From positions 1 through 28,958 of IMG/VR virus record IMGVR_UViG_3300043173_000258: 28,958 nt of DNA; one strand, 5' to 3'. The notes beneath the pieces were generated by a model that ran no database searches, was not told where the DNA came from, and saw only the letters and a list, made by a program, of their open reading frames with translations. Positions 16,143-24,328 of this stretch are shown here, in pieces. The position numbers were made by a program, and so were the translations under genes. This stretch comes from a virus. Lineage: Duplodnaviria; Caudoviricetes. Within the stretch, counting starts at the first letter, position 1. Each line of letters opens with the position of its first letter.

Positions 16143-16213
16143 CAGACTCAGAGAAGCTGATGCTGACGGCGATCGCGCTCGGCGTCATCTACGTGGCGGC
16201 GAGGGTGCTGTGA
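16139..16213 (+). CDS. 24-aa single-TM microprotein
   Basis: MTDSEKLMLTAIALGVIYVAARVL; coupled at both ends; GGAG RBS. Confidence 0.5.
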   Translation: MTDSEKLMLTAIALGVIYVAARVL

Positions 16214-16431
16214 TGAGAGAGACACGCGCACAGCGCAAGGGCAAGCGACGTCGTGAGATCATGAATGGCCACGGCAAGAAGTCGGGGAAGGGCGCACACG
16301 AGCGCGGGACGATGCAGGGCAAGTGTGGCCACTGCGATCTGTACGCGTCCGACGCTGTGGACGACGCGCTCAGGGATATGGGCCTGGACGACGCTGCGGA
16401 CTTCGGGCTCGACGACGTGGGGGACAAGTAA
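16213..16431 (+). CDS. small protein, basic N-terminus / CxxC / acidic C-terminus
   Basis: TGATG coupling. Confidence 0.6.
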   Translation: MRETRAQRKGKRRREIMNGHGKKSGKGAHERGTMQGKCGHCDLYASDAVDDALRDMGLDDAADFGLDDVGDK

Positions 16432-16476
16432 CGATCAACGATATAGTCAAGTCAACCAACGAGAAGGAGAGCCAAC

Positions 16477-17256
16477 GTGATACCTGAAACCCAATCACTA
16501 CCGGCACCGCCCCCGAGGTGGATCCAATGGATTGTGGGCGCGAGCACGGCCATCGCGCTTACTGTGGTCGTGGCTGTCGTCGTCTGGGTCGGCAGCCTGC
16601 TGATCGGCAAGGCCGTCGAAGCCAGCGGGAACGACATCCCCGAGGAGCGTCAGCTGCTCATGTGTGAGGGGATCGGCTACGACTCCGGCTGCGACCTCGA
16701 CGACATCGACTGGGAGCCTGGCAAGCACTTCAAGCTGGTGCTGGAGTTCAGCGTCGCCGACAACGTGGGTGAGGACGGCGACCCACACGACGCCGTCGAG
16801 GGCGTGAAGGCGACGACGCTCACGTTCAGAGTCAAGGGCCAGCCCATCTCGGCGAAGACCTATCAGGTCAACTGCGACGACTGGTGGCCGTTCTACTACG
16901 CGATCACACAGCCGCCGACCGTGACCGCCGCCCAATGGGAAGCACGCGAGGCTGCGCTGGGCGAGGGCGACGGTAGCTACTACGGGCTCACGAAACAGGA
17001 TCTGCTCACGCCCGAGTTGATCTTGGCGAAGCTGCTCTACCAGCTCGGCACACCGGAGATGAACGAAGACCTCCGGCGCATCTTCGGAGCCAACGGCATC
17101 CCGATCTCACTCTGGTTCAACGGGAAGTCGGCCGTGAGCCTGCCCAACATCGGACGCGACGTGAACGGCATCTTCACGGTGGAGCTTGGTGGACGGTTCG
17201 CGCTACCGGGTCCGAACATGCCGTTCTTGAGGGCGCTGATCGAGGGGAAGCTGTAG
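16477..17256 (+). CDS. membrane-anchored or exported hypothetical protein
   Basis: GAAGGAG RBS; long N-terminal hydrophobic helix. Confidence 0.8.
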   Translation: MIPETQSLPAPPPRWIQWIVGASTAIALTVVVAVVVWVGSLLIGKAVEASGNDIPEERQLLMCEGIGYDSGCDLDDIDWEPGKHFKLVLEFSVADNVGEDGDPHDAVEGVKATTLTFRVKGQPISAKTYQVNCDDWWPFYYAITQPPTVTAAQWEAREAALGEGDGSYYGLTKQDLLTPELILAKLLYQLGTPEMNEDLRRIFGANGIPISLWFNGKSAVSLPNIGRDVNGIFTVELGGRFALPGPNMPFLRALIEGKL

Positions 17257-17261
17257 TCACC

Positions 17262-17585
17262 ATGCTGAAGCTGAACGGAGAGGGCCGATACGTGCAGGGC
17301 CCCGCCTTCGGGAAGGACGCGATGCTCCTGGCCGAGCACGGTGTGGTCGAGATCACCGTGTCCACGTACCCGGACTGGGGTCGCGCGGGGGCTCCGGTGT
17401 GGCCACTCGCGGACGGGCGGGAGCTGGTCGCGTGGGTCGATCGCCACGCGTTCGAGGCCGCGCTCTGGATCCAGGATCGTCACGACTACGACCGCGTTGT
17501 GCGGGCGCTCCAGGGCGGGGACGTCGTCCGCTGGTTCGTCGTCGATCGCGATCGGTTCGAGGAGGCGTCTCGTGCTCCCGTCTGA
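17262..17585 (+). CDS. hypothetical protein
   Basis: 107 aa with GC3-rich codons. Confidence 0.65.
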   Translation: MLKLNGEGRYVQGPAFGKDAMLLAEHGVVEITVSTYPDWGRAGAPVWPLADGRELVAWVDRHAFEAALWIQDRHDYDRVVRALQGGDVVRWFVVDRDRFEEASRAPV

Positions 17586-17877
17586 CCACGACGAACCGAG
17601 GGCTAGCGCGCCTCGCCCCTTCCCCCGATCGGTCCATACGGGGCCACTCTGGGGCACGTTCGCGTTCTACCTACTGTGCGTCGTCGGGATCGCGCTCCTG
17701 GGGGCGTACCTGACTGTGCTGGCGCCCGACTCCGACTACCAGCGCCTGGGCGTCCTGGAGCGACGCGTCAACGCGGTCGAGCGTGTGCTGGAGCTCATCG
17801 CCAGCGTGGACTTGCTCGAGGCTGACCTAGACGAGATGAATCGACTGCTCGATGAACACGAGCGCGATCACGAATGA
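17572..17877 (+). CDS. single-TM coiled-coil protein
   Basis: GAGGAGG RBS, GTG 17572; FAFYLLCVVGIALLGAYLTVL. Confidence 0.7.
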   Translation: MLPSDHDEPRASAPRPFPRSVHTGPLWGTFAFYLLCVVGIALLGAYLTVLAPDSDYQRLGVLERRVNAVERVLELIASVDLLEADLDEMNRLLDEHERDHE

Positions 17878-18098
17878 GCACACACCCGACCTTCGGCCAG
17901 CTACTCGCCGAGGCTCGCTACGACAAGGGCTGGACACAGTACGAGCTGAGCCGGCGCACAGGCTTCCAGCCGTGCGCGATCAGCCACTGGGAGTGTGACC
18001 GGCGCACGCCACACGTCGCGAACCTGATCGTGCTCTGTCGCGTGCTCGACGTCTCGGCCGACTGGATCCTGGGGCTCCCGATCGTGGATGAATTGTGA
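17874..18098 (+). CDS. XRE-family HTH transcriptional regulator
   Basis: ARYDKGWTQYELS…AISHWE…RTP…LDVSADWILG. Confidence 0.9.
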   Translation: MSTHPTFGQLLAEARYDKGWTQYELSRRTGFQPCAISHWECDRRTPHVANLIVLCRVLDVSADWILGLPIVDEL

Positions 18099-18102
18099 GC
18101 TG

Positions 18103-18342
18103 ATGGCGTTCGAGCACCCAGGCCCCGCGATTCGGAAGCAGCTCAGTGACATGACGGTCACAAAGATCGCGAAGCGCTTGGGGTTCGGGCGCCCCGCCGT
18201 CTCGCGATTCCTCAATGGAAACAGCGTGGCGTCGCCCCCGCTTGCCTACGCGTTCGAGATCCACCTGGGCTTCAAGGCCGTGTGGATCATCGAGGAGCAG
18301 GCACGATTCTTGTACGCGGAGTGGCTCAGTGGCGACGTCTGA
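18103..18342 (+). CDS. HigA-like HTH protein
   Basis: HPG N-terminal motif, IAKRLG…AVSRFLNG…W…Q pattern. Confidence 0.75.
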   Translation: MAFEHPGPAIRKQLSDMTVTKIAKRLGFGRPAVSRFLNGNSVASPPLAYAFEIHLGFKAVWIIEEQARFLYAEWLSGDV

Positions 18343-18508
18343 GACGTTCCAGCTTCGGGTCTACCGCGTCGATCACCACCCTGGTCGAGAGGTCTGGCTA
18401 TGTGAGATCCAGTTCGAGGGCGAATGGCGAGCGGCCATGATCGTCAAGCACGCGAGCGGGAAGATTGACATGACGGTCGCGCCTCCTACGGTGGGAGCAG
18501 ATGGCTGA
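18329..18508 (+). CDS. small hypothetical protein
   Basis: GGAG RBS with GTG 18329. Confidence 0.55.
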   Translation: MATSETFQLRVYRVDHHPGREVWLCEIQFEGEWRAAMIVKHASGKIDMTVAPPTVGADG

Positions 18509-19544
18509 CGAGACCAGGGCGAACTATCTCAAGTTTGACGGCGTTGACGATTACGTGACGGTGCCGGACGAGGGGTCCGTGCGCGACATGGGTGTGTTCA
18601 CCTACTCGGCCTGGGTGTACCCGACAGCAGATGGGGATCGGGAGATCCTGTCCAAGTCGGGGTCGAAGCGCGAGCTGCGACTGGTGAACCAGGGCGACGC
18701 ATTGACTCTGCGCGGCTGCGTCGTGGCCTCGTTCGATCCGGCGTGTAGCAACGCTACCGATGGCTCGTTGGTGCTCGACCAGTGGCAGCACGTCGCGATG
18801 ACTTATGACGATGGCGCGGATCGCATGGTGCATCTGTTCATCGACGGGCAGGAGGTCAGCTACACGACGCAGTCGCAGGCGGTCGGCACGCTGGTAGCGG
18901 ACGCAGGCTCCGACCTCAATCTCGGGCGACGCAGCACAGGCGGGCGGCACTTCGCGGGGGACATCGACGACGTGCGGGTCTGGAGTCGCGCGCTCTCTGT
19001 CGAAGAGATCCAGGCCAACGCCGAGCCGAACCTCGTGGCGTACTGGAAGCTGGATGAGGGCACGGGGCAGATCGCGAACGACAGCGCGGCCAATTCACAC
19101 CACGGCACGCTGGGCTCGACACCCGGTGTCGATGTCAACGACCCGACCTGGGTGACGGATGCTCCGCCAGTCGATCCGCCTGTGGAGCCGCCGATCGAAC
19201 CGCCTGTGGAGCCGCCTGTGGAGCCTCCGGAGATGCGAGCGCTCCTGTTTCATGTCCGGTACGACGCCTTGGAATGCGCGTTGGAGGTCAGATCGGTTGC
19301 AGACGGCGACACCTTCATCGGACCAGCCAGACAGATCGAGGCCAACTACTACACAGCGATGGGACACACGCCGGTAGCCGTACTAAAAGGTCGGTGGGTG
19401 GAGTGCTCGCCGAAATGGTGGCCTGAAGCCACGAGCCCCTGGAGCGTCGAGCCGCTCGTGAAAGTGCCAGAGCCGAGCGGTGTGAGCCTGCTGCTCGCGG
19501 GCGTGATCCTGCTCGTTGTTCTAGCGCGTCGGAAGTCGACATGA
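18501..19544 (+). CDS. LamG/ConA-like domain protein with Pro-rich linker and PEP-CTERM tail
   Basis: LKFDGVDDYV, WQHVAMTYD, FAGDIDDVRVWSRALS, LVAYWKLDEG; ends VPEP-hydrophobic helix-RRK. Confidence 0.9.
   Translation: MADETRANYLKFDGVDDYVTVPDEGSVRDMGVFTYSAWVYPTADGDREILSKSGSKRELRLVNQGDALTLRGCVVASFDPACSNATDGSLVLDQWQHVAMTYDDGADRMVHLFIDGQEVSYTTQSQAVGTLVADAGSDLNLGRRSTGGRHFAGDIDDVRVWSRALSVEEIQANAEPNLVAYWKLDEGTGQIANDSAANSHHGTLGSTPGVDVNDPTWVTDAPPVDPPVEPPIEPPVEPPVEPPEMRALLFHVRYDALECALEVRSVADGDTFIGPARQIEANYYTAMGHTPVAVLKGRWVECSPKWWPEATSPWSVEPLVKVPEPSGVSLLLAGVILLVVLARRKST
19164..19223 (+). repeat. five 12-bp coding tandem repeats (PPVE-like)
   Basis: CCGCCTGTGGAG x3 plus two variants. Confidence 0.8.
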
Positions 19545-19654
19545 CTTGCGCTGTCGATCGTCTGCTCACATACTGGGGCTGAGCGGGCAGTTGACCCCGA
19601 GAGCTGACGCGCTCTGAACGTAGGTGTGTCGGGGGGTTACAGGATTCCCTGACC

Positions 19655-20260
19655 ATGTCGAGCCGCCGCTGGTCTGAACAGGATCGCGACCAGATCATCC
19701 GAATGACGGCAGAGGGTGTGTCGCGCGAGTCGATCGCCAAGCGACTCAAGACGAGCGTGTCGAGTCTCAGGCGTCACTTCCCCGACCTCCTGAATCACAA
19801 GGCGGGCGGGTCGCCCACGGAGTTCAGCGACACCGAGCGTGCGTCTGCGATCGCGATGGCGAGCTACGGGATCCCGCAGCGTGAGATCGCTGGCGTGCTG
19901 AAGTGCTCGCTCACCACGCTGAAGAAGCGACTCGGCGACGACATGCGAGCGGCGCCCACACAGGCGAACGCCAACGTGGCCCGCGCTCTCTACAGGAACG
20001 CCGTTCGCGACAACAACACACAGGCCCAGGTGTTCTGGCTCAAGGGGCGCGCCGGCTGGAGTGACAAGCTCGAGGTGGGTGTGTCCGGCGAAGTAGAACA
20101 CACACACTCGCTGGACATGGTGGGGCTCGTGCGCCAGCTCTCGCCATCCGGGCGCGCGTCCCTGAAGGCCGTCCTCCAGGAAGTCCGCACACTGCGGGAG
20201 TCGGAGGCGATCGCCGCTGAGTCGCTCGACGTTCGGGCGCTCGCAGCTGGCGGCGCGTAG
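19655..20260 (+). CDS. terS: terminase small subunit (two HTH motifs)
   Basis: Directly upstream of terL; ANVARALYRNA…AQVFWLKGRAGW motif. Confidence 0.75.
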   Translation: MSSRRWSEQDRDQIIRMTAEGVSRESIAKRLKTSVSSLRRHFPDLLNHKAGGSPTEFSDTERASAIAMASYGIPQREIAGVLKCSLTTLKKRLGDDMRAAPTQANANVARALYRNAVRDNNTQAQVFWLKGRAGWSDKLEVGVSGEVEHTHSLDMVGLVRQLSPSGRASLKAVLQEVRTLRESEAIAAESLDVRALAAGGA

Positions 20261-20268
20261 GGCCCCGT

Positions 20269-21936
20269 ATGGCGTTCCCGCAGGAGACCCCGGCCGAGAC
20301 CCCCCCCGATTCTCTCGATGCTCTTCTCGGCGATCCTGGCGGCGCTCTGGCGGCGCTCGCTCAGGTAGAGGGCGAGGGGAGCCTGCGAGACTACATCCCC
20401 CTCGTCTGGGACGTCATCGAGCCCAGCACCCGGCTCGTCCAGGGCTGGTGCCTGGACGCGATCTGCGACCACCTGGAAGCCGTCACACGTGGCGACATCA
20501 AGCGGCTCGTGATGAACGTGCCCCCAGGGTGCATGAAGTCGCTGACCACGGAAGTGCTGTGGCCCACGTGGGAGTGGGGGCCGATGAACATGCCGGAGAC
20601 GCGGTACGTGTGCTCCAGCTACTCGGATAAGCTCACGATTCGGGACAACCTGCGCTCCAGGCGGATCATCCAGAGCGACGCCTACCAGGCCATGTGGGGC
20701 GATCGCTTCCAGCTCACCAAGGACCAGAACGCCAAGGTGAAGTTCGAGAACGACCAGACGGGCTTCAAGCTCGCCACGTCGGTCGGCGGCCTGGGCACAG
20801 GGGAACGTGGCCACAGGTTCGTGATCGACGACCCACACAACGTCCAGGAAGGCGAGTCGGTCAAGAAGCGGGAGAGCGCGCTGTACTGGTTCGCCAACGT
20901 GGTCCCGTCCAGGATCATCGAAGCAGAGACGTCAGCGATCATCGTGATCATGCAGCGTGTGCACGACTCGGACGTCACAGGCTTGATTCTAAAGGAGGAA
21001 TTGGGATACGAGTGGCTGTGCCTGCCCATGGAGTACGAGGAGCGCCACAGGTGTTTCACGAGCGTTCCACGTGGAACGAACGAGCCCGAGCGCGTCACAC
21101 GCTTCATCCGGGAGGGCGAGCCGATCCCCAGGTGGCTGACTGAGAGCGAGGTCGCAGAGGAGCTGGACGTTGGAGCTCCGCCTGGCTGGGAGCCAGACTA
21201 CAGGATCATGTGGTCCCAGGATCGTCGTGACGTCGAAGGCGACCTCCTGTGGCCCGATCGCTTCTCAGAGCACCACATCGAGCAGGAGCTGAAGCCCCAG
21301 CTACGATCGTGGGGCGGCACCTACGCCGAAGCCGGCCAGCTCCAGCAGCGACCGGCACCACGAGAGGGCGGCATGATGAAGCGCGCTGACTTCCAGTTCG
21401 TCGACACGATCCCGAAGGGCGGCCGCTGGGTACGTGGCTGGGACTTCGCCGCCTCCACATCGGCTAGGGCCAAGTTCAGCGTCGGCCTGAAGATGGGACT
21501 CGTGGAGGGCAAGGTCTTCATCGAAGACGTCCAGCGCAAGAAGGCGACACCCGGCCAGCTCGAGGCCATGATCGTGATGTGTGCCGAGATGGACGGCCGT
21601 GACTGCGAGCAGGACATGCCACAGGACCCGGGCCAGGCGGGGAAGTACCAGAAGGCGGGGCTGTCGAAGATCCTGCACGGCTGCAACTTCCACTTCTCAC
21701 CAGAGACCGGGTCGAAGCCCGAACGTGCGAAGGGCTTCGCCGCTCAGGTCGAAGGGCACAACGTGTACTTGCTTCGCGCGCCCTGGAACGACACCTTCAT
21801 CAACGAGGCGTGCCTGTTTCCCAACGGCGAGTATTCTGATCAGGTGGACGGGTGCTCGCGTGCGTACGGTCGCTTGCTCATGGGCAGGCGTCGCAGGATC
21901 GGGGTCGCGCCAATCGCGATCGGGTCGGGGGGATAA
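20269..21936 (+). CDS. terL: terminase large subunit
   Basis: Walker A NVPPGCMKS, Walker B FVIDDPH, IMQR coupling motif, nuclease GWDFA…FPNG..SDQVD. Confidence 0.95.
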   Translation: MAFPQETPAETPPDSLDALLGDPGGALAALAQVEGEGSLRDYIPLVWDVIEPSTRLVQGWCLDAICDHLEAVTRGDIKRLVMNVPPGCMKSLTTEVLWPTWEWGPMNMPETRYVCSSYSDKLTIRDNLRSRRIIQSDAYQAMWGDRFQLTKDQNAKVKFENDQTGFKLATSVGGLGTGERGHRFVIDDPHNVQEGESVKKRESALYWFANVVPSRIIEAETSAIIVIMQRVHDSDVTGLILKEELGYEWLCLPMEYEERHRCFTSVPRGTNEPERVTRFIREGEPIPRWLTESEVAEELDVGAPPGWEPDYRIMWSQDRRDVEGDLLWPDRFSEHHIEQELKPQLRSWGGTYAEAGQLQQRPAPREGGMMKRADFQFVDTIPKGGRWVRGWDFAASTSARAKFSVGLKMGLVEGKVFIEDVQRKKATPGQLEAMIVMCAEMDGRDCEQDMPQDPGQAGKYQKAGLSKILHGCNFHFSPETGSKPERAKGFAAQVEGHNVYLLRAPWNDTFINEACLFPNGEYSDQVDGCSRAYGRLLMGRRRRIGVAPIAIGSGG

Positions 21937-21939
21937 GAG

Positions 21940-23421
21940 ATGGCGGCTCCTTCATCTGTGGCGACGGACATCGGGATTCGACGTCAGCGTGTGCGACCCA
22001 CGAAGACGGAGGGCGTGCCCGGCGTCGCCTTCTTCGGTGGCTTCATCGAGCGCGAGGAGCGCAACACGAAGCTGCTCGGCCCGGATCGCTACAAGACGTT
22101 CAGCGACATCCTGGCCAACACAGCGATCGTCGCAGCCGGGTGTCGCTACTACCTGAACCTGATCGCCAAGGCAGGCTGGTCGGTCGAGCCCGCACAGATG
22201 GACAAGGTGCGACGCCAGAAGGAAGCGGAAGTCCTGGCCGAGATCGTCGAAGACATCATCAGCGACATGCGCCGGCCCTGGCACCGGGTCGTGCGTCGTG
22301 CGGCGATGTACCGCTTCCACGGATTCAGCATTCAGGAGTGGACGGCGAAGCGACGTGACGACGGTGTGATCGGTCTCCTGGACGTCGCACCACGGCCACA
22401 GCAGACGATCGAACGCTGGGACCTCGAAGAGGACGGGAACGTCAAGGGCGTCGTGCAGCGTGCGCCGAACGACGGACGTAGCATCTACCTGAACAGGGAC
22501 AAGATCGTGTACCTCGTCGAGGACTCGATCAGCGACAACCCAGAGGGACTCGGCCTGCTCCGTCACATGGTGGACGCGAACAACCGGCTGAAGGAGTTCG
22601 AGACCCTGGAGCACTACGGGTTCGAGACAGACCTCCGTGGGATCCCGATCGTCAAGGGTCCGTTCGCTGCGCTGGAAGACGAAGTGCGCCGCGGGAATCT
22701 CGCACCCGAAGATCGTGACCGGATGATCGCGCCGCTCCAGAAGTTCGTGGAGAACCATATCAAGAGCCCCACACGCGGGCTGATGCTCGACAGCGAGCCG
22801 TACCGAGATGAGGGAGAGAACCAGACGCCGTCCGGTATCGCGCAGTGGACGTTCGAGGTCTCGCAAGGAGGGGCCCAGGGCGCTGTCGAAGTAGCGGCCG
22901 CTATCGAGCGACTGAATCGCGAGCTGGCGCGCATCATGGGCGTCGAGGGGCTTCTGCTCGGAGGCTCGAACGTCGGGTCGCAAGCGCTCTCGATCGACAA
23001 GTCACACACGTTCGGGCTGATCGTCGATTCAGCGCTTGGCGAGATCCGTGAGCAGTTCGACAGCGACCTGATCGACCCGCTCTGGCGAATGAACGGCTGG
23101 GACGAGGAGCTCAAGCCCACGTTCAAGACCGACGTGGTGCGATACCGCGACGTGTCGGTCATCACACAGGCGCTCGTGGACATGGGCAACGCGGGGCTCT
23201 CTGCCGACCCGGACTGGGAAGGGATCAACGTCCTGATGGATCTTCTCGGCATGCCCAACGTGGACCTCGAGCAGCGTGCGATCGACGCGGCGCTCACACC
23301 AGAGCCTGAGCCCGAGCCCGAGCCCGACACACCTGACGACGGGGAGCCTGACGACCCGGAGAACGACGACGCCACACCCGGCGCTGACGTCGATGACGTC
23401 GATGACGAGGAAGATGATTGA
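21940..23421 (+). CDS. portal protein (DUF935/Mu gp29-like) with acidic Pro-rich tail
   Basis: Follows terL; GFSIQEW, NPEGLGLLR, DLRGIP motifs; 493 aa. Confidence 0.85.
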   Translation: MAAPSSVATDIGIRRQRVRPTKTEGVPGVAFFGGFIEREERNTKLLGPDRYKTFSDILANTAIVAAGCRYYLNLIAKAGWSVEPAQMDKVRRQKEAEVLAEIVEDIISDMRRPWHRVVRRAAMYRFHGFSIQEWTAKRRDDGVIGLLDVAPRPQQTIERWDLEEDGNVKGVVQRAPNDGRSIYLNRDKIVYLVEDSISDNPEGLGLLRHMVDANNRLKEFETLEHYGFETDLRGIPIVKGPFAALEDEVRRGNLAPEDRDRMIAPLQKFVENHIKSPTRGLMLDSEPYRDEGENQTPSGIAQWTFEVSQGGAQGAVEVAAAIERLNRELARIMGVEGLLLGGSNVGSQALSIDKSHTFGLIVDSALGEIREQFDSDLIDPLWRMNGWDEELKPTFKTDVVRYRDVSVITQALVDMGNAGLSADPDWEGINVLMDLLGMPNVDLEQRAIDAALTPEPEPEPEPDTPDDGEPDDPENDDATPGADVDDVDDEEDD

Positions 23422-24326
23422 GCAAGAACCTACAGATCCCGTGGCGCGTCAAGCCGCTCCGGTTCGGTGCGATTCGCTGCGTGGAGTCGCGCCTCCTACG
23501 GCCGAACATGGGTCGCAGGCTTCGACGCATCGGCCTTGAAGCTGTTACCCGAGAACTGGAGGACGAGGGTCGAAGCGGTGACGACCTGTGCTCGCCGATC
23601 AAGTGGCAAGAGCGACACCAGTTTCACGAGTTGGAATCGGCAGCCATAGACGCATCACCGGACCCGGCACAGTTCGACTACGCCGCCTTTGAGCGCGACT
23701 TCGATCCGCCGCTGGAGGACTGGGAGACCGATAAGGATCTGCACCTGTTGGAGTGGGCCGTGATCGGCGAAGCGAACGGAAAGCTGTACGGCTTCCACTC
23801 GTGGTACAACATGAACATCGACAAGCGGGCCGATCCGTGGCGGCTACGCGTGATGCACGTTCCGTGCTTCTACGGCCTAGACGTGTTCCAAGCAGAGGGC
23901 CGTCGCGGCGCGATGATGGCGACGCTGGCGATCCTGATGCGCCACTTCATGCTTCACCCGTTCGCCTTTACGGTCGAAGGTCGCGAGCAGCGAGCCGTGG
24001 TAGTGGAGTGGCGGACTAGCACGGAGAACCCCCTACACCACTTCCCGGCCAGTCTGCCGCACCTCGCTGACGTTCTCGATCCGTTCGCTGACATCGTCTA
24101 CGCAGGCACCGGGCGACGTCGCCACTTCTCGACGATACGAACGAAGACCGCAGTGCTTCGCAGTGTGGTCGACGGGACGTTCACTGACGCCCGAGTGCCG
24201 CCGCCTACGTCCGCGCCTGAACCCGAAGACGAACCGGACATTGAGCGCGAGACGATCAAGGAGATGCGTACCCCGAGCCGAGATCGAACGCTGGAGGCCA
24301 TGCCCGCTGCCAGCCGAGGCCGGTAG
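23418..24326 (+). CDS. hypothetical protein inserted in the head module
   Basis: 302-aa ORF with TTG overlapping the portal stop; start uncertain. Confidence 0.6.
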   Translation: MSKNLQIPWRVKPLRFGAIRCVESRLLRPNMGRRLRRIGLEAVTRELEDEGRSGDDLCSPIKWQERHQFHELESAAIDASPDPAQFDYAAFERDFDPPLEDWETDKDLHLLEWAVIGEANGKLYGFHSWYNMNIDKRADPWRLRVMHVPCFYGLDVFQAEGRRGAMMATLAILMRHFMLHPFAFTVEGREQRAVVVEWRTSTENPLHHFPASLPHLADVLDPFADIVYAGTGRRRHFSTIRTKTAVLRSVVDGTFTDARVPPPTSAPEPEDEPDIERETIKEMRTPSRDRTLEAMPAASRGR

Positions 24327-24328
24327 CC

